Shown: piece after piece, positions 24,362 to 37,957 of the stretch
Layout of the letters: every line of letters starts with the position of its first letter
Numbering within the stretch: the stretch's first letter is position 1
From: Haliotis rubra
Taxonomy: Eukaryota
Reading direction: 5' to 3'
Length of the DNA: 64,000 nucleotides
NCBI RefSeq assembly: GCF_003918875.1
Contig: NW_025765691.1
Location: 1-64,000 of the forward strand
Notes under the pieces: model-generated
The model's input: only the letters and a program-made list of their open reading frames with translations
What the model was told of the DNA's origin: nothing
Databases searched by the model: none
Program-made: the position numbers and the translations under genes

Positions 24362-24605
24362 TGCAACCAACTCTTCATATTCCTAATCCAGCTCAAGGTA
24401 TGTTGTGACTCAGTTGGAACAATTACCTCTTTTCATCCCAAACAATTATATTATGTGGTGACTTAATAAGGACAACCAACTCTTTATATTCACTATATTT
24501 AGTTCCAGGTATGTGGTGCCTTGATTAGACAACCAACTCTCCATGTTCCTAATACTTAGTTCAATGTAGGTATTAACTTATAAAGAAGAACCAACTCTTC
24601 ATATC
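24362..24605. repeat. Degenerate ~55-60 bp tandem repeat downstream of the BLOC1S4 stop (probable 3' UTR)
   Basis: Recurring caaccaactct...atattc...aggtatgt.gtgact motif, about 4-5 copies. Confidence 0.65.
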
Positions 24606-25166
24606 TACAACATATTTTCCACCCAAAACAGTTCTCTGCCGAAGGTGCCCAGAGCACAGCGAAACTCTGTATTCCTAAACACCTTCAGACGGTACAGTGT
24701 TCTCGCTTCATGAAAATAATCTTAAAATGTGTGTCAACAAGATATTCAAAGTTTAATTCATATTCAAAAAGCATAAAAAAAGTTTAAAATCTGAGACAAC
24801 ATCTTTGCTTGACTCGCCTTTCTTCAGAACAGACATTTTTACACCCTCACGAGAGGACACACACTTTGTTGATATCCTTTTGGTGAGTCATTTCCTTGTT
24901 CTAACCTGCCAGCACTATAAAAATAGGTCTTTGAGCTACAAAAGGATCACATCATTATATGTGTACATATGCACACACTTTCATGTATATACACATGCAT
25001 TCATTGACACACCTGAGCTTGCATACACATGCACACCTTACCATGCACACAATGCTGTAACTGAACATGCACACACACACACACGAGACACACAAGACAC
25101 ACACTAGTTAATCACAGGAATGTAAGGAAGACCTATACAGCTCCGTCTCACAATGATCAGGACTGA

Positions 25167-28100
25167 TCACGTCTCCCCAGCCTCTGCTGTTGATGCTGCT
25201 GCCTCTGCTGAAGGAGTGACATGTTTCTCTGGGACCACACCCAGGTAGTCGCTGGTGTGGAATATCTGGGGCTGAACAAAGCCTGGCTGTTTGGACCGCC
25301 GCTCAGGATCCTGACTTCGTTTCTGTAAACCAGAGATGTTTGCTGTTAATGGATGTCCACATAGCTAATGCCACGGAAACAGTGTACACTGTTTGTTTGT
25401 TTAATACTGTACTCTACAGTACTCAACCTGTATGACAGTGTTTCTTTAAATAATGACCCTTGACCTCACAATCCAGTGATCAACATCATGAGCACTAATC
25501 TATACTGACTGACTGACCGACTGAGTTTGGTTTTACGCTGCTTTTAGCAATATTCCAGCAACATCACAGCGGGGACACCAGAAATGGGCTTCACACATTG
25601 TACCCATGTGGGGATTCGAACCCGGGCCTTCAGCGTGACGAGCCAACGCTTTAACCACTAGGCTACCCCACCGCCCACTAATCTATACAAATTGGGACAT
25701 GGTTTCACTGATGTAATGGACTTGGCAAATCTGACCACCAGATCTTGTCAGTAACCTCTCAAGGTCGGCATGGGTTGCTGAAGACCGATTCTAACCTTCA
25801 TGTGTTAGATGGCCAGGGAATGGTCATGTGATATTGCTCTTATGGTGGTATATGGCTGTTTCACAAACTAGCTAGGTTGGGTTGGTTTGAAGTTGAACAT
25901 AATAAATATAACAACTATAATGATAATGAATATTATTAGTGTGGGCAGCACTGCAAAATATACCCCCTAACATCTAGTGTCTGAGAATTTAAGAAATAAC
26001 AGTTTCACAAAAATTCCAAACATCTACCTGCACCCTAACAGTTTTACTACCAGTACCTTTATATCTGCTCTTAAAATATTGTGTGAAAATCAAGACCAAT
26101 ACACAAAGCATGCTCACAGGAAATGAATGGCCCTCTGATTCTATCAATATGCAATCATCATGCAACCACCCGATCCCCTTTTTCTGACCAGTCAGAGATC
26201 CCTGAGATTAGTCCAATTACCCATCCTTCATCTACAACAGTAGATAACCAGGTACGAAAGTGCGCCACTCACTGGACTGACGATGGAAGAGATTTTCTTC
26301 ATGAAACCACCAAGAGATCCAAAGTCGTCTTCCGCCTTGCTGACCAATTCGTCCATCTTGCCAACACTCTGCTTCACCACGCCCACAAATGCCTGTCATC
26401 AAGTAACATTGAAATAAGACACCACTGTCAAATCTACATCTGATGTCCATACACAAATTGAAAATGGATTCAAAAGAGATACAGCAGAGTGCATACACTG
26501 AGATACCGAAATTTTGTGTGCACCTGAAACACAGGCAATTAAAGGCTTGGAGGCCCCAAGACATATAACAAAGAAAAATGCTCGAGTCTACACTTATACT
26601 CAAGTGATGTAACAATTTCTGCAGCTGTAATATCGTCCGATATCAAATCTCAACCTCCTCCTACAAACCAAAGCAAGCCATTTAGCACCACTCTGCATGA
26701 ATATTGGATTTAACTCACAGCCAGCTGTACAAGAGGATATATCCTTAAATGTATTACAACCAGGTACACAACACTCTGAGGCAAGTAAGTGTATCTATAC
26801 CTCCAGTTTGTCAATCTTCTCAAATATGATTTCCATCTCTGCACACTTGCTCTGGATGTCAGGGACTGTCTTGTTGAGACACAGTGTGGTATCGCTCCGA
26901 ATCTGAAACACACTACTAACTGAGACACAGAGCTACAGATAACTGTTTGGGTCATTGAGTTATGTACTCGCTTGTGTTCATCTCAATTGGGTATCCTATT
27001 TTTTCTTTGAGTAACATAATAAATTGTACCCACCTCACTCAAACTCAATTGTGAATTTTGCCATTTTCCATTAATTGTAAAAATATAATAAAGTTTAAAT
27101 GTTGGCTTACGTGTTTGTTATATATATTCGATCTGTAATATGAGAAACGATAAGAAAGACTGCAAGTTCCATGTGTTGAAATAGAGCCTCTCAATATACC
27201 TCAGTTATTTTATCCATCCACCGGTACTCAAGCTAAGATTTGACATTTGTGTGTGTATGAATGTGAGACCAAATTTATTGAATATTTACAAAAATTCAAG
27301 CGTACTTGTAAGCAATAGACTTAATAGGAATTGAGTTGTTATATAAATATTTGCGTAATTTATACAGGTATGCAGCTTATCTGTACCTCTGGAGACATAT
27401 GTATGGGTGAGTGTATACTTCGTGGCCTTAATGAACTGACAGTGTTAGCATGTGCTCACTGACCTGCATCACAGACAGGTTTGTGTCAGCTGAGACCATG
27501 TATTATATGTCTCTGCTGTTAGTATGTGAAGTACTCTATTCACTTGAGTTTGTCCAGTTTTCACTTTATCATCCCCAGTATATGGCAGCATTATGCCACA
27601 CAGTAACAATTATACTATAACAATTCAGGTTACACAGGAACCATGTAGGACTCTAATTATACACTTTGTCATAATCTCAAAAGTTATGTCATGATGCAAT
27701 ATGTTATTAAGTACATGAGAACAGTTACACCTAAGTCAGTGAAACACACACTGACTTAAGTACTCATGTACTAGTAAAAGAAACACAATTTCACAGTTCA
27801 GTTTCAAACCATTTGTGATCTTCCGGATACTAACTACATGACCTCATAATAATTTGATTAACATACAATGGCGCTAAAATGTCATCAGTCAGCCAGCTGG
27901 TGTTTATAGACTTATATTTATAAAAATATCATCAACCAATTTGCACAAGCCATGCCTCCCCTACCGCGGATGGACTTACGCTCCACAAAACCAAACAGAA
28001 ACAAAGACAAACTCATCCATGTTGAATTTCTCACCATGTCCACAAGACCACAGAACTCGTCCAGTTTAGTCAGCATGTCCTCGATACTTTCACTGAACTT

Positions 28101-28587
28101 GCCTTGCTGAAACATATATCCACCATAATAAATAATTATTGCATATAGTATTACAAGTCTCTGCTGTGAGTATATTAAGCCCATAATATTTCATATTTAA
28201 TGCTTAACAAATCACATGCAGCTGATCACATGCAAATGTTCCAGATCAATTAGGGAAATTCTCAGTGCAGTAATTCACGGTACGACAATTACATGTCGTA
28301 AACAAACAACCGGTTGGTCTGCGCTATATGGCAACCTACAACAGAATGTGTCATACTGCCAAAACCCAAGCTTCCCCTCATCTCTATCCATAACAGAAGG
28401 GGTGGTAACCACGCCCCTCTATCAGTCTGTCAGTCCGTACCTCCCGGGTGAGATCAAAGCTCATGTATTTGCTGTAGTCGCTAGCGAGGTCCTCGACGAG
28501 CTGATTGTCGTCCATGATGACGGAGTCTGGTGTGTTGGATCGCTCATCGATCTCTGATTTCACCGATGTTTCTCTCTGGAGTTCCAT
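25167..28587 (-). CDS. BLOC1S4: BLOC-1 subunit 4 (cappuccino), 198 aa; exons 28587-28441, 28106-28035, 26902-26801, 26392-26273, 25322-25167
   Basis: All phase-0 GT/AG introns give MELQRE...LASDYSKYM...SIEDMLTKLDEFCGLVDMIRSDTTLCL...IFEKIDKLEAFVGVVK...VSKAE...FVQPQIFHTSDYL, matching cappuccino-family motifs. Confidence 0.93.
25506..25676 (-). mobile_element. SINE family A (CAGT subfamily) inserted into an older family B copy (~25390-25800)
   Basis: TSD cactaatctatac; flanks continue as diverged family B. Confidence 0.9.
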
Positions 28588-30512
28588 GGTCGAGCACCTG
28601 ACATAAACTTCCGGGGAGACATTCAAAGGGACATAACTCTAGTTGTCTTACGTTCACGCAGACCGGGACACTACTGTCAAACCTGAAACTTTGGTCGTAT
28701 CGGGCACTTGGGAAAATAACAGAATGCAGCAAATCAACAAAACAAATTTCGTTTGTTTGTGTGTGTGTGTAAAGGTAGGATATATATCCCACATATTCTA
28801 GAAGTTTTACTGTACATTGCTCGAATTAATATATTTGAGAATATTATAATTTAGCAACTACCTGAATGTTAAAAAACCCCACATAAGCTGTCATGATCTT
28901 GAAATTGAGCTTTGGCGTCACTGTGATGGAACTAAATTCCACATCCACCCAGCCTGCACATGTACGCAGTTAAGACAATTATACATCGACGCCAAGGTTT
29001 TTTCCACATCTCAACAACCATGAATATGACACCTTAATTGTTGTCACCGCCGAACTCTAACCTTTGACTAAGTTAACGAAATCTGTGTACTCAAACACAT
29101 GGAAAGAAATGCAACTTCCGCTGTAATTCCTCCTATACATTTGTACAAATAAGCCTGAGGTCTGAAACTGCTGAAACATACACTTGACCTGACATAGATG
29201 GGTACCAGGAAGGATGGTATGGTGATATGACGTAAATCTTCCCCCTTTTCATAAAGAGGACGCAATGTAATGTAATGCTTTGATGTAGTTTTACTTTGTG
29301 GATTATTATCATTAATATTAATTGGCGATTGAATGAATAATAATATGACCTACACCTTGCAACATATGAGGTATATCAAGAGAGCCTGAAATAGATCGTG
29401 TCTGGATCAAACACACACGTTATGAGCAACGTTATATGCAGTTCGAACAATCACTAACAACAACAACAACAACAACAATGACAACAATAAAGGTATTAAA
29501 GGTCGCAATATTAATCATGTGTATTATCATAATGCGCCAAGTCCACGATTGAAAAGAGAGCATATTTGTCGTGCGCCAGGTTCGTGAAGTGGAAGTAAAT
29601 TCACTGCCAAGTTGAGTGAGTAGTAAAATGTCTGAGAGTCTTTGTCCCCACTCACCAGGTAATGTATATCCCCACCCCAGCAGGTGTACCCCCGGACCGT
29701 ACATTCATGACATACCAGCAACACACCCCTACAGCCCCTCAGCACTTTTCGCGTGACAGATACGTAGATACCATCACACTAGATGGCTGGTTGGGAATAT
29801 AAACGGTCGGTGATTAATTTAGTCTTTGTCAAGAAATTAGCGAAGTGGAATTAGCTGAGTGTATCTTTCCTAAAATGAGGGTCAGTATCGTCAGAGTTGA
29901 AAGAATCAGCGAGGTAGAATATACCCGTCGACACCGCTCGTGTGATTACAGATGTTCTTGTGGGTGCAGTGTTAAAGGGTCGATCTAGAAGGCTGCTTCA
30001 CGGTGGGTTAGTAATCCACCCACTGGCGAGATGTAGGGCTGTCACACAAAAGATCTTAGCGATAAGACATAACTTCCATAGTTTGTTTCGCACCTGTGAG
30101 TGAGACACCTATTTGAGATAGCTGGTATCTAACGTACGAGATCGAATTCAATGGTGATGATCTGTGTTCATATCATTACTGTCTAATCTCCTGATTGTAA
30201 TATATTGAAAAGTTTGCCTTGTTTCACACGAGTGAGTGAGTTTAGTTTTACGCCGCACTCGGCAATATTCCAGCTATATGGCGACGGTCTCTAAGAAACC
30301 CTGTGATATCAGAAATATATAGCGGTGTTTTTTCATCTCATGTTGTTTTCATTATCATCTTCCCCTTGGAAATCAACAGGTATGGTGGAACCTTTTGTGT
30401 GGAGGGTCACGCTTGGTATGAGCAGTATGCAGTAGGCCGGAAGTCGTCACAAATGACGTCACTTTGATCACTTTGATCACTTTGACAAAATATACATCGA
30501 CTAAATGCTATT

Positions 30513-30679
30513 GACTGACTGACTGAGTTTGGTTTTACGCCGCTTTTAGCAATATTCCAGCAACATCACGGCGGGGGACACCAGAAATGGGCTTCACACA
30601 TTGTGCCCATGTGGGGATTCTAACCCGGGTCTTCGGCGTGACGAGCCAACGCTTTAACCATTAGGCTACCCCACCGCCC
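30513..30679 (-). mobile_element. SINE family A, young (CAGT)n subfamily
   Basis: Near-consensus; TSD aatgctattg. Confidence 0.93.
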
Positions 30680-31132
30680 TAATGCTATTGTAGTGAGTTT
30701 AGGTGTGTAGGGGGTACTGTTCTCGTGTCTGTCAGATACCATTTGTCTTACAACTCGTTTTGGGACGTATCTTACTCCATTTTTATCGCGAAACACTGAC
30801 AATCGTAGTTCTCAGATTATCGACTTGAACTGCCGGGACTATACATGTATTCGTGTTTAGTGCAGTGGGTAATGCTGTTTTAAACCACTAGCAATATTCT
30901 TGGGGTGGGTTTGCGAATAAAATTAACTGTCAAGTCGAGTCTTTTAAAAGAAAGAACTGGCATCTTATAATTTCTCCAGCTAAATGGGAGTTTACAAAAT
31001 AGGTAAACGTGGCCGAGGGTTCAGATCCTAGATGTGATCCATTTCTCAACTATTTACGTGTTCTTGAATTACGTGAAAATAGTTATTGCCTATGGTACGG
31101 TGCATTATGGAAAGAAAGCTTTATGACTTTAA

Positions 31133-31213
31133 TATTGTACCCATGTGGGGAATCGAACCCGGGTCCTCGGCGTGACGAGCGAACGCTTTATCCATTAGGC
31201 TACCCACCGCCCC
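31133..31213 (-). mobile_element. SINE family A, 5' half only
   Basis: tRNA-like head present, tail missing. Confidence 0.8.
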
Positions 31214-31849
31214 TGGCATGGAAGAACCGGGTGTTCATAACCTTATTTAGAGCTGTACATGAAACACGCACCTGATTTATGAGCGTAAATATGATTAAAA
31301 AACAACAAGAAATATATGTATCTTTTGTCAACATTCACCGAGCATGGCGGTATCTCGTATTGCTGACGCCCCAGTTGGTGGTGACACGCACGTAACTATA
31401 CAGATTACGGTGCCACACAGATAAAGACAAGCCAAGACGTCTTATCACCAATCTTATGTCACATAATAAGTCTGCAACACAAGGTAGAATTCAACGCACG
31501 CATGAACTGTGCAGGTGCGCGCTGGCTCACAGGGAATAACAGTACATGACCTCCGTCTGTTTATCGCGGGACTATTGACTAAACCAGTGAGCTCCGAAGG
31601 CGTAAGGCACGATCTGTATTACGCTGGAAGATTTGAATGTGTCTGTAACAATCAGCAGAACGATGGTGTCTAGTATCTGTGATGGAACCACACGAAGCAG
31701 GTGTATCCAGTCACGACAACGTTGCATGGACGGTGTCAGGGTGTAGAATGTCGTGAAGTACATGGGAGGGAGTTGGTGCCGTGAGTGTTCTGCTAAATCC
31801 CCAAATGCATCGGACATGTTCTGTTATTTTCTAATCTTAGTTCATTTCC

Positions 31850-32326
31850 TTCAAATGAATCGGGAGAGTCATACATGCAACGAATTTCAACGAACGTGAA
31901 GTGTAACTGTGTTGGTAGCAAGAGGTGTTGGACCAAGAATTGCAAATGCTTTAAGAACAATCTTCTGTGTAAGAGCCGGTGTCATTCAAGTCTCAAACAA
32001 GTAATGTACACGATATGCAAAACTCTATGTTGAAACTGGATAAAAAAAGTGGTCACTTTATTTTTTGTGTTTCTTTTTTTAACTTAAATGATTTAGCCAT
32101 TTGGTCAAATGAGAATTTTAGTCTTTTGACTGACTGAGTATGGTTTTACGCCGCTTTTAGCAATATTCCCGCAACATCACGGCGGGGGACACCAGAAATG
32201 GGCTTCACACATTGTACCCATGTGGGGATTCGAACACGGGTCTTCGGCGTGACGAGCCAACGCTTTAACCAATAGGCTACCCCACCGCCCTAGTCATGTG
32301 ACTAAATGACTGGTTTGCCGGTAACA
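31850..32326 (+). mobile_element. Ginger-type DNA transposon 3' remnant (KRBA2/SCAND3-like integrase C-terminus)
   Basis: ~31907-32005 reads VKCNCVGSKRCWTKNCKCFKNNLLCKSRCHSSL; followed by tagtc...gacta subterminal repeats and a terminus ...ccggtaACA followed by tata. Confidence 0.7.
32127..32290 (-). mobile_element. SINE family A (CAGT subfamily) inside the Ginger terminus
   Basis: Near-consensus; imperfect TSD tagtc...gact. Confidence 0.92.
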
Positions 32327-32880
32327 TATATACGGGATGTGTTCCGTGTTCCACACAATAATAGCTTTCCAAATCATTTCCAGAGAAGGAAAGAAGAAGG
32401 AAGTGTATCAAACGCGAATACACCGTAAAGCACCCTGGCAGAAACATTGCCACCCAAGGGACAACTGTCCTCTAGACATTCACTGAACCGGCGCATAAAC
32501 AGCAACCAGCTGTTCTAGTGCTGCCGGCTGATATAGCAATCGGGATGGCCCTTTCATCTTTCGACAAAAAACATTTTCCTTGCTAAAAAAACTATCACTT
32601 TAGATCAGTATGAATCAACAATATATAATTCAAAATTCATATTCATTCTTAAATACCTCGTGAAGCTCAGCATTACAACTGCTAATATTTAGAAATCCTT
32701 GCTTGTCAGAGGCCAGCTATAACGGGATCGGATGGTCAGGCTCGCTTGGTTCATGCATGTCATCGTATCCCAATGGCGTAGGTTGGTGCCCACAGTATAC
32801 CAATCACTGGGTAGCCAGGGCCATACGCGATTAATCGATGATCGCCAGCATACAGTTGAAATATTGATTGGTGCGGCAGA

Positions 32881-33044
32881 AGTGAGTGAATGTGGTTTTA
32901 CGCCGCTTTTAGCAATATTCCAGCAATATCGCGGCGGGGGGACACTAGAAATAAGCTTCACACATTGTACCCATGTCTGGAATCGAACCCGGGTCTTCGC
33001 CGTGAAGAGCCAACGCTTTAATCACTAGGCTACCTCACCGCCCC
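32881..33044 (-). mobile_element. SINE family A inserted in the tail of a diverged family B copy (~32616-32880)
   Basis: TSD gcggcag. Confidence 0.88.
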
Positions 33045-34739
33045 GCGGCAGTAAAGAACACACACGCGCTCACGCACGGACACACACACACGCACGGACG
33101 GACGGACGGACACACAAACACATACGTATACCGTGATATCGGGGAGGTGTCTGGCTGGGGAATATGGTTACATGGTGTCTATTTTTCTCTTCCTTTCTGT
33201 TATTGATTCCGTCTATGACGACGACACTGATGCTTGTCAACCTCCCCGACTACATCCCCCGCTCTGACAGCGTGGGTGGATGCCACGTTCATCATCTCGT
33301 GTTGAATATCTTCAAAACAAAGTCAACTATCATAACTAACACCTGCGTGATTCCTTTCTCCAACATCAGATACGTGTCTGTCAAGTCCCCGCGGCAAGCA
33401 GCACGAGTTAATGGGCTCCATTGTTTCCGGTTAATGATGACGATCTTTGATATGCGAATTTTCTAAAGGTCTTAATGTAGAAAATTTCCATTTGATGGAT
33501 GCTTCAGCGTTATAAAGCTGTTTTAACATATTTGACATTTGCTTCTAGGGTCTTTGGTCTCCCATGTCTTAGAAATGGTAATTTAATGTATACATACGTA
33601 TTTTCCGCATTTAATGATGGCATATGTTATTGATCATCTGACATCTCGTGCTGTAAAATCAGTGGTTACTTTTAGCTTGTACTGTCTCTATTTACATTGT
33701 ATTAAGTGCATTTACAGCTTTTGAAAGGTAGCAACTCCGATACAAGTAATTAACACCAATACCAAACTATGTGTACAGTGGTCAGCTCACTGTTATACCC
33801 TGAACAAGTTGTGTCTTCCTCCATGAACAAAATTGAACTTCCTCCACGAACAACGTTGGTCTTCCTCCATGTACCGCCTTGCAATCCTGCTACCTCCAGC
33901 AGGAAGAGTTAGTGAGTGAGAGTTAAGGCAAACGCCACAAAGAGTACTATCTCAGTTGGGCCGACTAGTCAAATTTGGTTTGTAAATCCTAAAGTGAAAT
34001 AAAATATTTGCAGTTTAGTGTGAGAACAAACTAAATATATTCCCAGAATTTCAAATGGTCAGTGTGAAACCAAGTGGGTATTTGGGGGGGTCGAGGTGGC
34101 TCCATGTTTGTATTGGGACTGAACTTTGGATCCGATGTGGATTGGGTGGTCACAATGTATGATCTAGTTCAGCTGAGTGTGTCAAATTGTACCTCGACAG
34201 TGTGCAACTTATAACCCAAAATCCAGATAATGGAATTATAGGAATGTTGCACCAGACACCATCCACTCACTCACTCACCACCCTGTTGTATGTGGAGGGA
34301 CCTCATGCTGGGCCACGTGTCTGTAAGCATACAACGTTGAACGCCTAATGTATATGTCATTACAACGCCCAGGTCACAAATCAGTTGAAGGTAATCAACG
34401 TTGGTCACGGAGAGTCTTTGGATGGGTGAACGTGTTTGGCAACTTTGCTTCTGAGAGTTTTTAGTCCTTCCCAACAACAATGCACACAAGACACATGTGG
34501 TCTCAACCTAAGCAAGTTTGTTAAAACATTCCCTCTGTTCACCCAGCAGTGACTGGGTACCCGGTTGGATAAGATGACTCTGAACCTTCTGGAGCCTCAC
34601 AGGATCTTTGGATCGCAAAGATCAAGCAACAATCGGAGCCTCACGGGAGGTCAGCCATCATCATCATTGACCAGTATTTGACAAATAGATCATATTACCG
34701 TCTGTGTAAAAGCTCACAATTCAAGAGAGAGGAATGGGT

Positions 34740-34898
34740 CAGTGAGTATGGTGTAACGCCGCTTCTAGCAATATTCCAGCAACATCACGGCGGGGACACC
34801 AGAAATGGGCTTCACACATTGTACCCATGTGGGGAATCGAGCCTGGGTCTTTAGCGTGGCGAGCAACCGCTTTAACCATTAAGCTACTCCATCGCCCC
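34740..34898 (-). mobile_element. SINE family A
   Basis: Reverse-complement consensus. Confidence 0.88.
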
Positions 34899-35009
34899 TC
34901 AACAGATAGGAACAAAGGTGAACAAAATCATTTATGTACATGATTTATGAAAATAACTACAGCATTGATTTAACCCCACTCCAGGAAATGATCATGGAGA
35001 TGTTTCCGG

Positions 35010-36451
35010 TCAAGAGGTGGTAGGCATGGTCAAGCTCTCGAGACTGTCCATCGCAGCGTCCACATCGGGAGGAGGTGGAGCGTCCACAGTCATCTGAAAC
35101 AGTGAAGTATATTTCTGGATGCTTGCACAACAAATTTCACACGGGGTGATGCTTGGACTAGGTAAACCTGTCTGATATGCGATCGCAATTCGCCATACAG
35201 AGTTGCGTCCCTTTAACACACCAGAAACCTATAATTGGGATACGAATCCCGGTTCGACCATGTTATTATTTTTTCTATGTCTGTCGGCGCAATACGAGTG
35301 TTCGTTAAGTCCAACCAAAGAGGTAAATGTCTGTGACCTGCATCACTTCGGAATTTCTTCCCCCATTAAGCAGACACGCCGTGGTGTAACTGGAATACAC
35401 TGCTACATAGTAGTAATATATTGTATCTGCATGAGTGAGTGTAGTTTTACACCGCTTTTAGCAATATTCCAGCAATATCACGACGGGGACACCAGAAGTG
35501 GGCTTCACACATTGTGCCCATGTGGGGATTCGAACTCGGTATTCGGCGTGACGAGCTAACGCTTTAACCACTAGCCTACCCCACCGCCCCAGTATCAGCA
35601 TGAGAGACTATCACATACAATAATGATGAACACCCACCGGTTTCGCCCCTGTCTGCCTGACAGACTTCTGTTTCTTCTCCTTCCCCGATAACACCACTTT
35701 ATGCAGCTCGCTAAACTCTTTGTCGGCGCTGGCCGTTTTCGTCTTGTTGTGGAAATTCATCTGAAAACATGAAAATGACATTTGTATACTTTTGCTACTT
35801 GACTTACTAACTTAGCATGTGTGGTAATGGTAGGTAGCATAGCAACTGTGTGTTACTTCCATAAGCACCGTCATCCATGAAGGCCAACTTCCAATACAGG
35901 CCAGTGAGGCAACTTGAGGATCCAGTCTTAGAATAACCAAGTCACCATGAACTCTAACCATCACAAACCAGAACCATCTAGTAATGTTTAATCATCTAGC
36001 ATATCAGCTGATGAAACAAACACAACAAGTTTCAAATGAACGTTCCTTTACGTCCTTGAATCGCATTTGGAAGAAGTACACACAAAGGGGGAAATTTGTG
36101 GATGCCATCTTCTGTAACAACTTCTCTTGTGATGAACTCGACGTATTCTTACTCCTTCGCCATATGAATGAAAGCTAGGAAGCAGAGGATATCCTCCGAC
36201 ACGTCGTCTCCATACAGATGTTGACATCCATAAATGTCCCCTTCACATTCCTATATAACAATGACCCAACAACTCCTACCCCGACTCTATCAGACCCTAC
36301 CGTTTGTCCCTGCAACCTCTAGACTACTTCATCATCTCACCTTTTTCAAATTGGTCGAGATTGTTTTTGTCTTTGCTTTCTTGACACCGGCCATTTTGTG
36401 TGAAATTGACTCCTTCCGTACACCATGGCTGATCTTGTTCTTCTTCCCCAT
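35010..36451 (-). CDS. RBIS: Ribosomal biogenesis factor (C8orf59 homologue), 105 aa; coding exons 36451-36341, 35760-35638, 35093-35010
   Basis: Spliced product MGKKNKISHG...KKAKTKTISTNLKK|MNFHNKTK...DKEFSELHK...|MTVDAPPPPDVDAAMDSLESL resembles the RBIS motifs KAKPVTTNLKKIN and NVDEAT. Phase-0 GT/AG introns; upstream acceptor at 36486; Kozak-like CAACATGG. Confidence 0.88.
35432..35590 (-). mobile_element. SINE family A in an RBIS intron
   Basis: TSD gtatc(t/a)gcatgag. Confidence 0.9.
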
Positions 36452-37013
36452 GTTGAATCAGGTACCCGACAGCAGCTCCCGGCCCCTGACAGACGGAGAG
36501 ACAGTTGACACTATTATTCATACAGAAACATATCATACTTAGTTAAATGCGATTTATGTGCAAAATGTAAATGTTGCCCACATCTACACTGATGTTAGTG
36601 ATATAGTTTTCATTAATTCCCATAGACAACATAATGTTTGCTAACTGACATGATCGCTGCATATGTTTCAGTGGCCTCCTATGAACTCATTGCTGTAAAG
36701 AATTGAAAAATACGTCACAAACGATGTCAGCTTACGTTGTTCAAGCAGAGACAACAGAGCTGATGTCTCCACAGGGGATCACGAAATACATTTGTTTACT
36801 GATTTGTAGAAAAAAGACCGGTAATGCAAACACATCGAAATACATACAATGAACCTTCCTGAATCGGCATAACGGATTTTCTTTAACTAATGAACATTGG
36901 TCAAAATTGCGAAATGAACTGTCTCTGAACACATACTGCCTTAATTTCTCGCATCTTGTAAAATATTCCTTAAGAATTGTACTCTCAAGTTCTTTAAGGG
37001 CTAGATCTGCCAC

Positions 37014-37218
37014 GGACCACAAGCACAGAGATATCAACGTGATTCGGGTCTGAGTAAACCTACAAGTACGGGTATGGACCACAAGCACAGAGATATCAAC
37101 GTGATTCGGGTCCGAGTAAACCTACAAGTACGGGTATGGACCACAAGCACACAGATATCAACGTAGGTATCAACGTAGGTTTACTCGGGTCTGAGTAAAC
37201 CTACGACTACGGGTATGG
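37014..37218. repeat. ~62-bp tandem repeat (2-3 copies)
   Basis: ggaccacaagcacagagatatcaacgtgattcgggtc.gagtaaacctacaagtacgggtat. Confidence 0.85.
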
Positions 37219-37319
37219 TGCTGACATACGCAGTAACATAATTATGGAGAACTCGAGTTCCAACATAAGGCATACGAATATACCAAGTTTGCCAATGAAG
37301 TCTCCCGCCATAGACTGCA

Positions 37320-37540
37320 GACCCTTGAAGTGCCGGGTGAGATTTGCTCTTCAACAACCCCTGCTTGTCGTAAGAGGCGACAAACGGGATTGACTGATAC
37401 ACGTCGTCGTACACCAGTTGCGTCGATCGATGCTCATGATGTCTATCACTGAATTGTCTGGTCCAGACGCCATAATTTACAGACAGCCCTGACTTAGCTG
37501 GAACATTGCTGGGGGAGGCGTGAAACAACAAACAAACAAT
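37320..37540 (+). mobile_element. SINE family B, diverged
   Basis: cttgtcgtaagaggcgac core and family tail. Confidence 0.8.
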
Positions 37541-37766
37541 CCATAGACGCTACTAAACTTTCCTTTATGACGGACAGGAGTATGAACAAAATATTTATGA
37601 ACATATTTCCCCATCTTAACAAGGAGACTAATATCTGGTTTTACACGTTTAGTGGGTTCACTGCGTAGAGCCGTGGTGTGTGGTCAACGACGCAGTTGGG
37701 GTCAAAGGAGATTTTAATGACAGAGCTACAACGGTATAGTGATTACGCCGTGGACAGGAGGCTGGC

Positions 37767-37957
37767 TAGACTAACGTTTAGTCCCTGAATACATATAATT
37801 GTGACAGTAGCAAATAAACCCATTTAAATTGAAAAGAAGCCCAAGTGAGACCAGAGATCTGAGGAAATCTAGACTTGCTTCATTTAGGGCTTTAGCATTG
37901 CAGGGAGGGCTAAGCATTGGGGAAAATAATATGGTTCAGGGACTGTGAGACAGACTA
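37767..37957. mobile_element. Non-autonomous DNA element with TAG...CTA ends and 9-bp TSD (AcademH-like), copy 1
   Basis: TSD gaggctggc on both sides; subterminal inverted agtccctgaa/ttcagggact; homologous to 46184-46389. Confidence 0.85.

Noticed and set aside
31572-31817. 81-aa minus-strand ATG ORF
   Set aside because: No motif, homology or splice context; adjacent to a transposon remnant.
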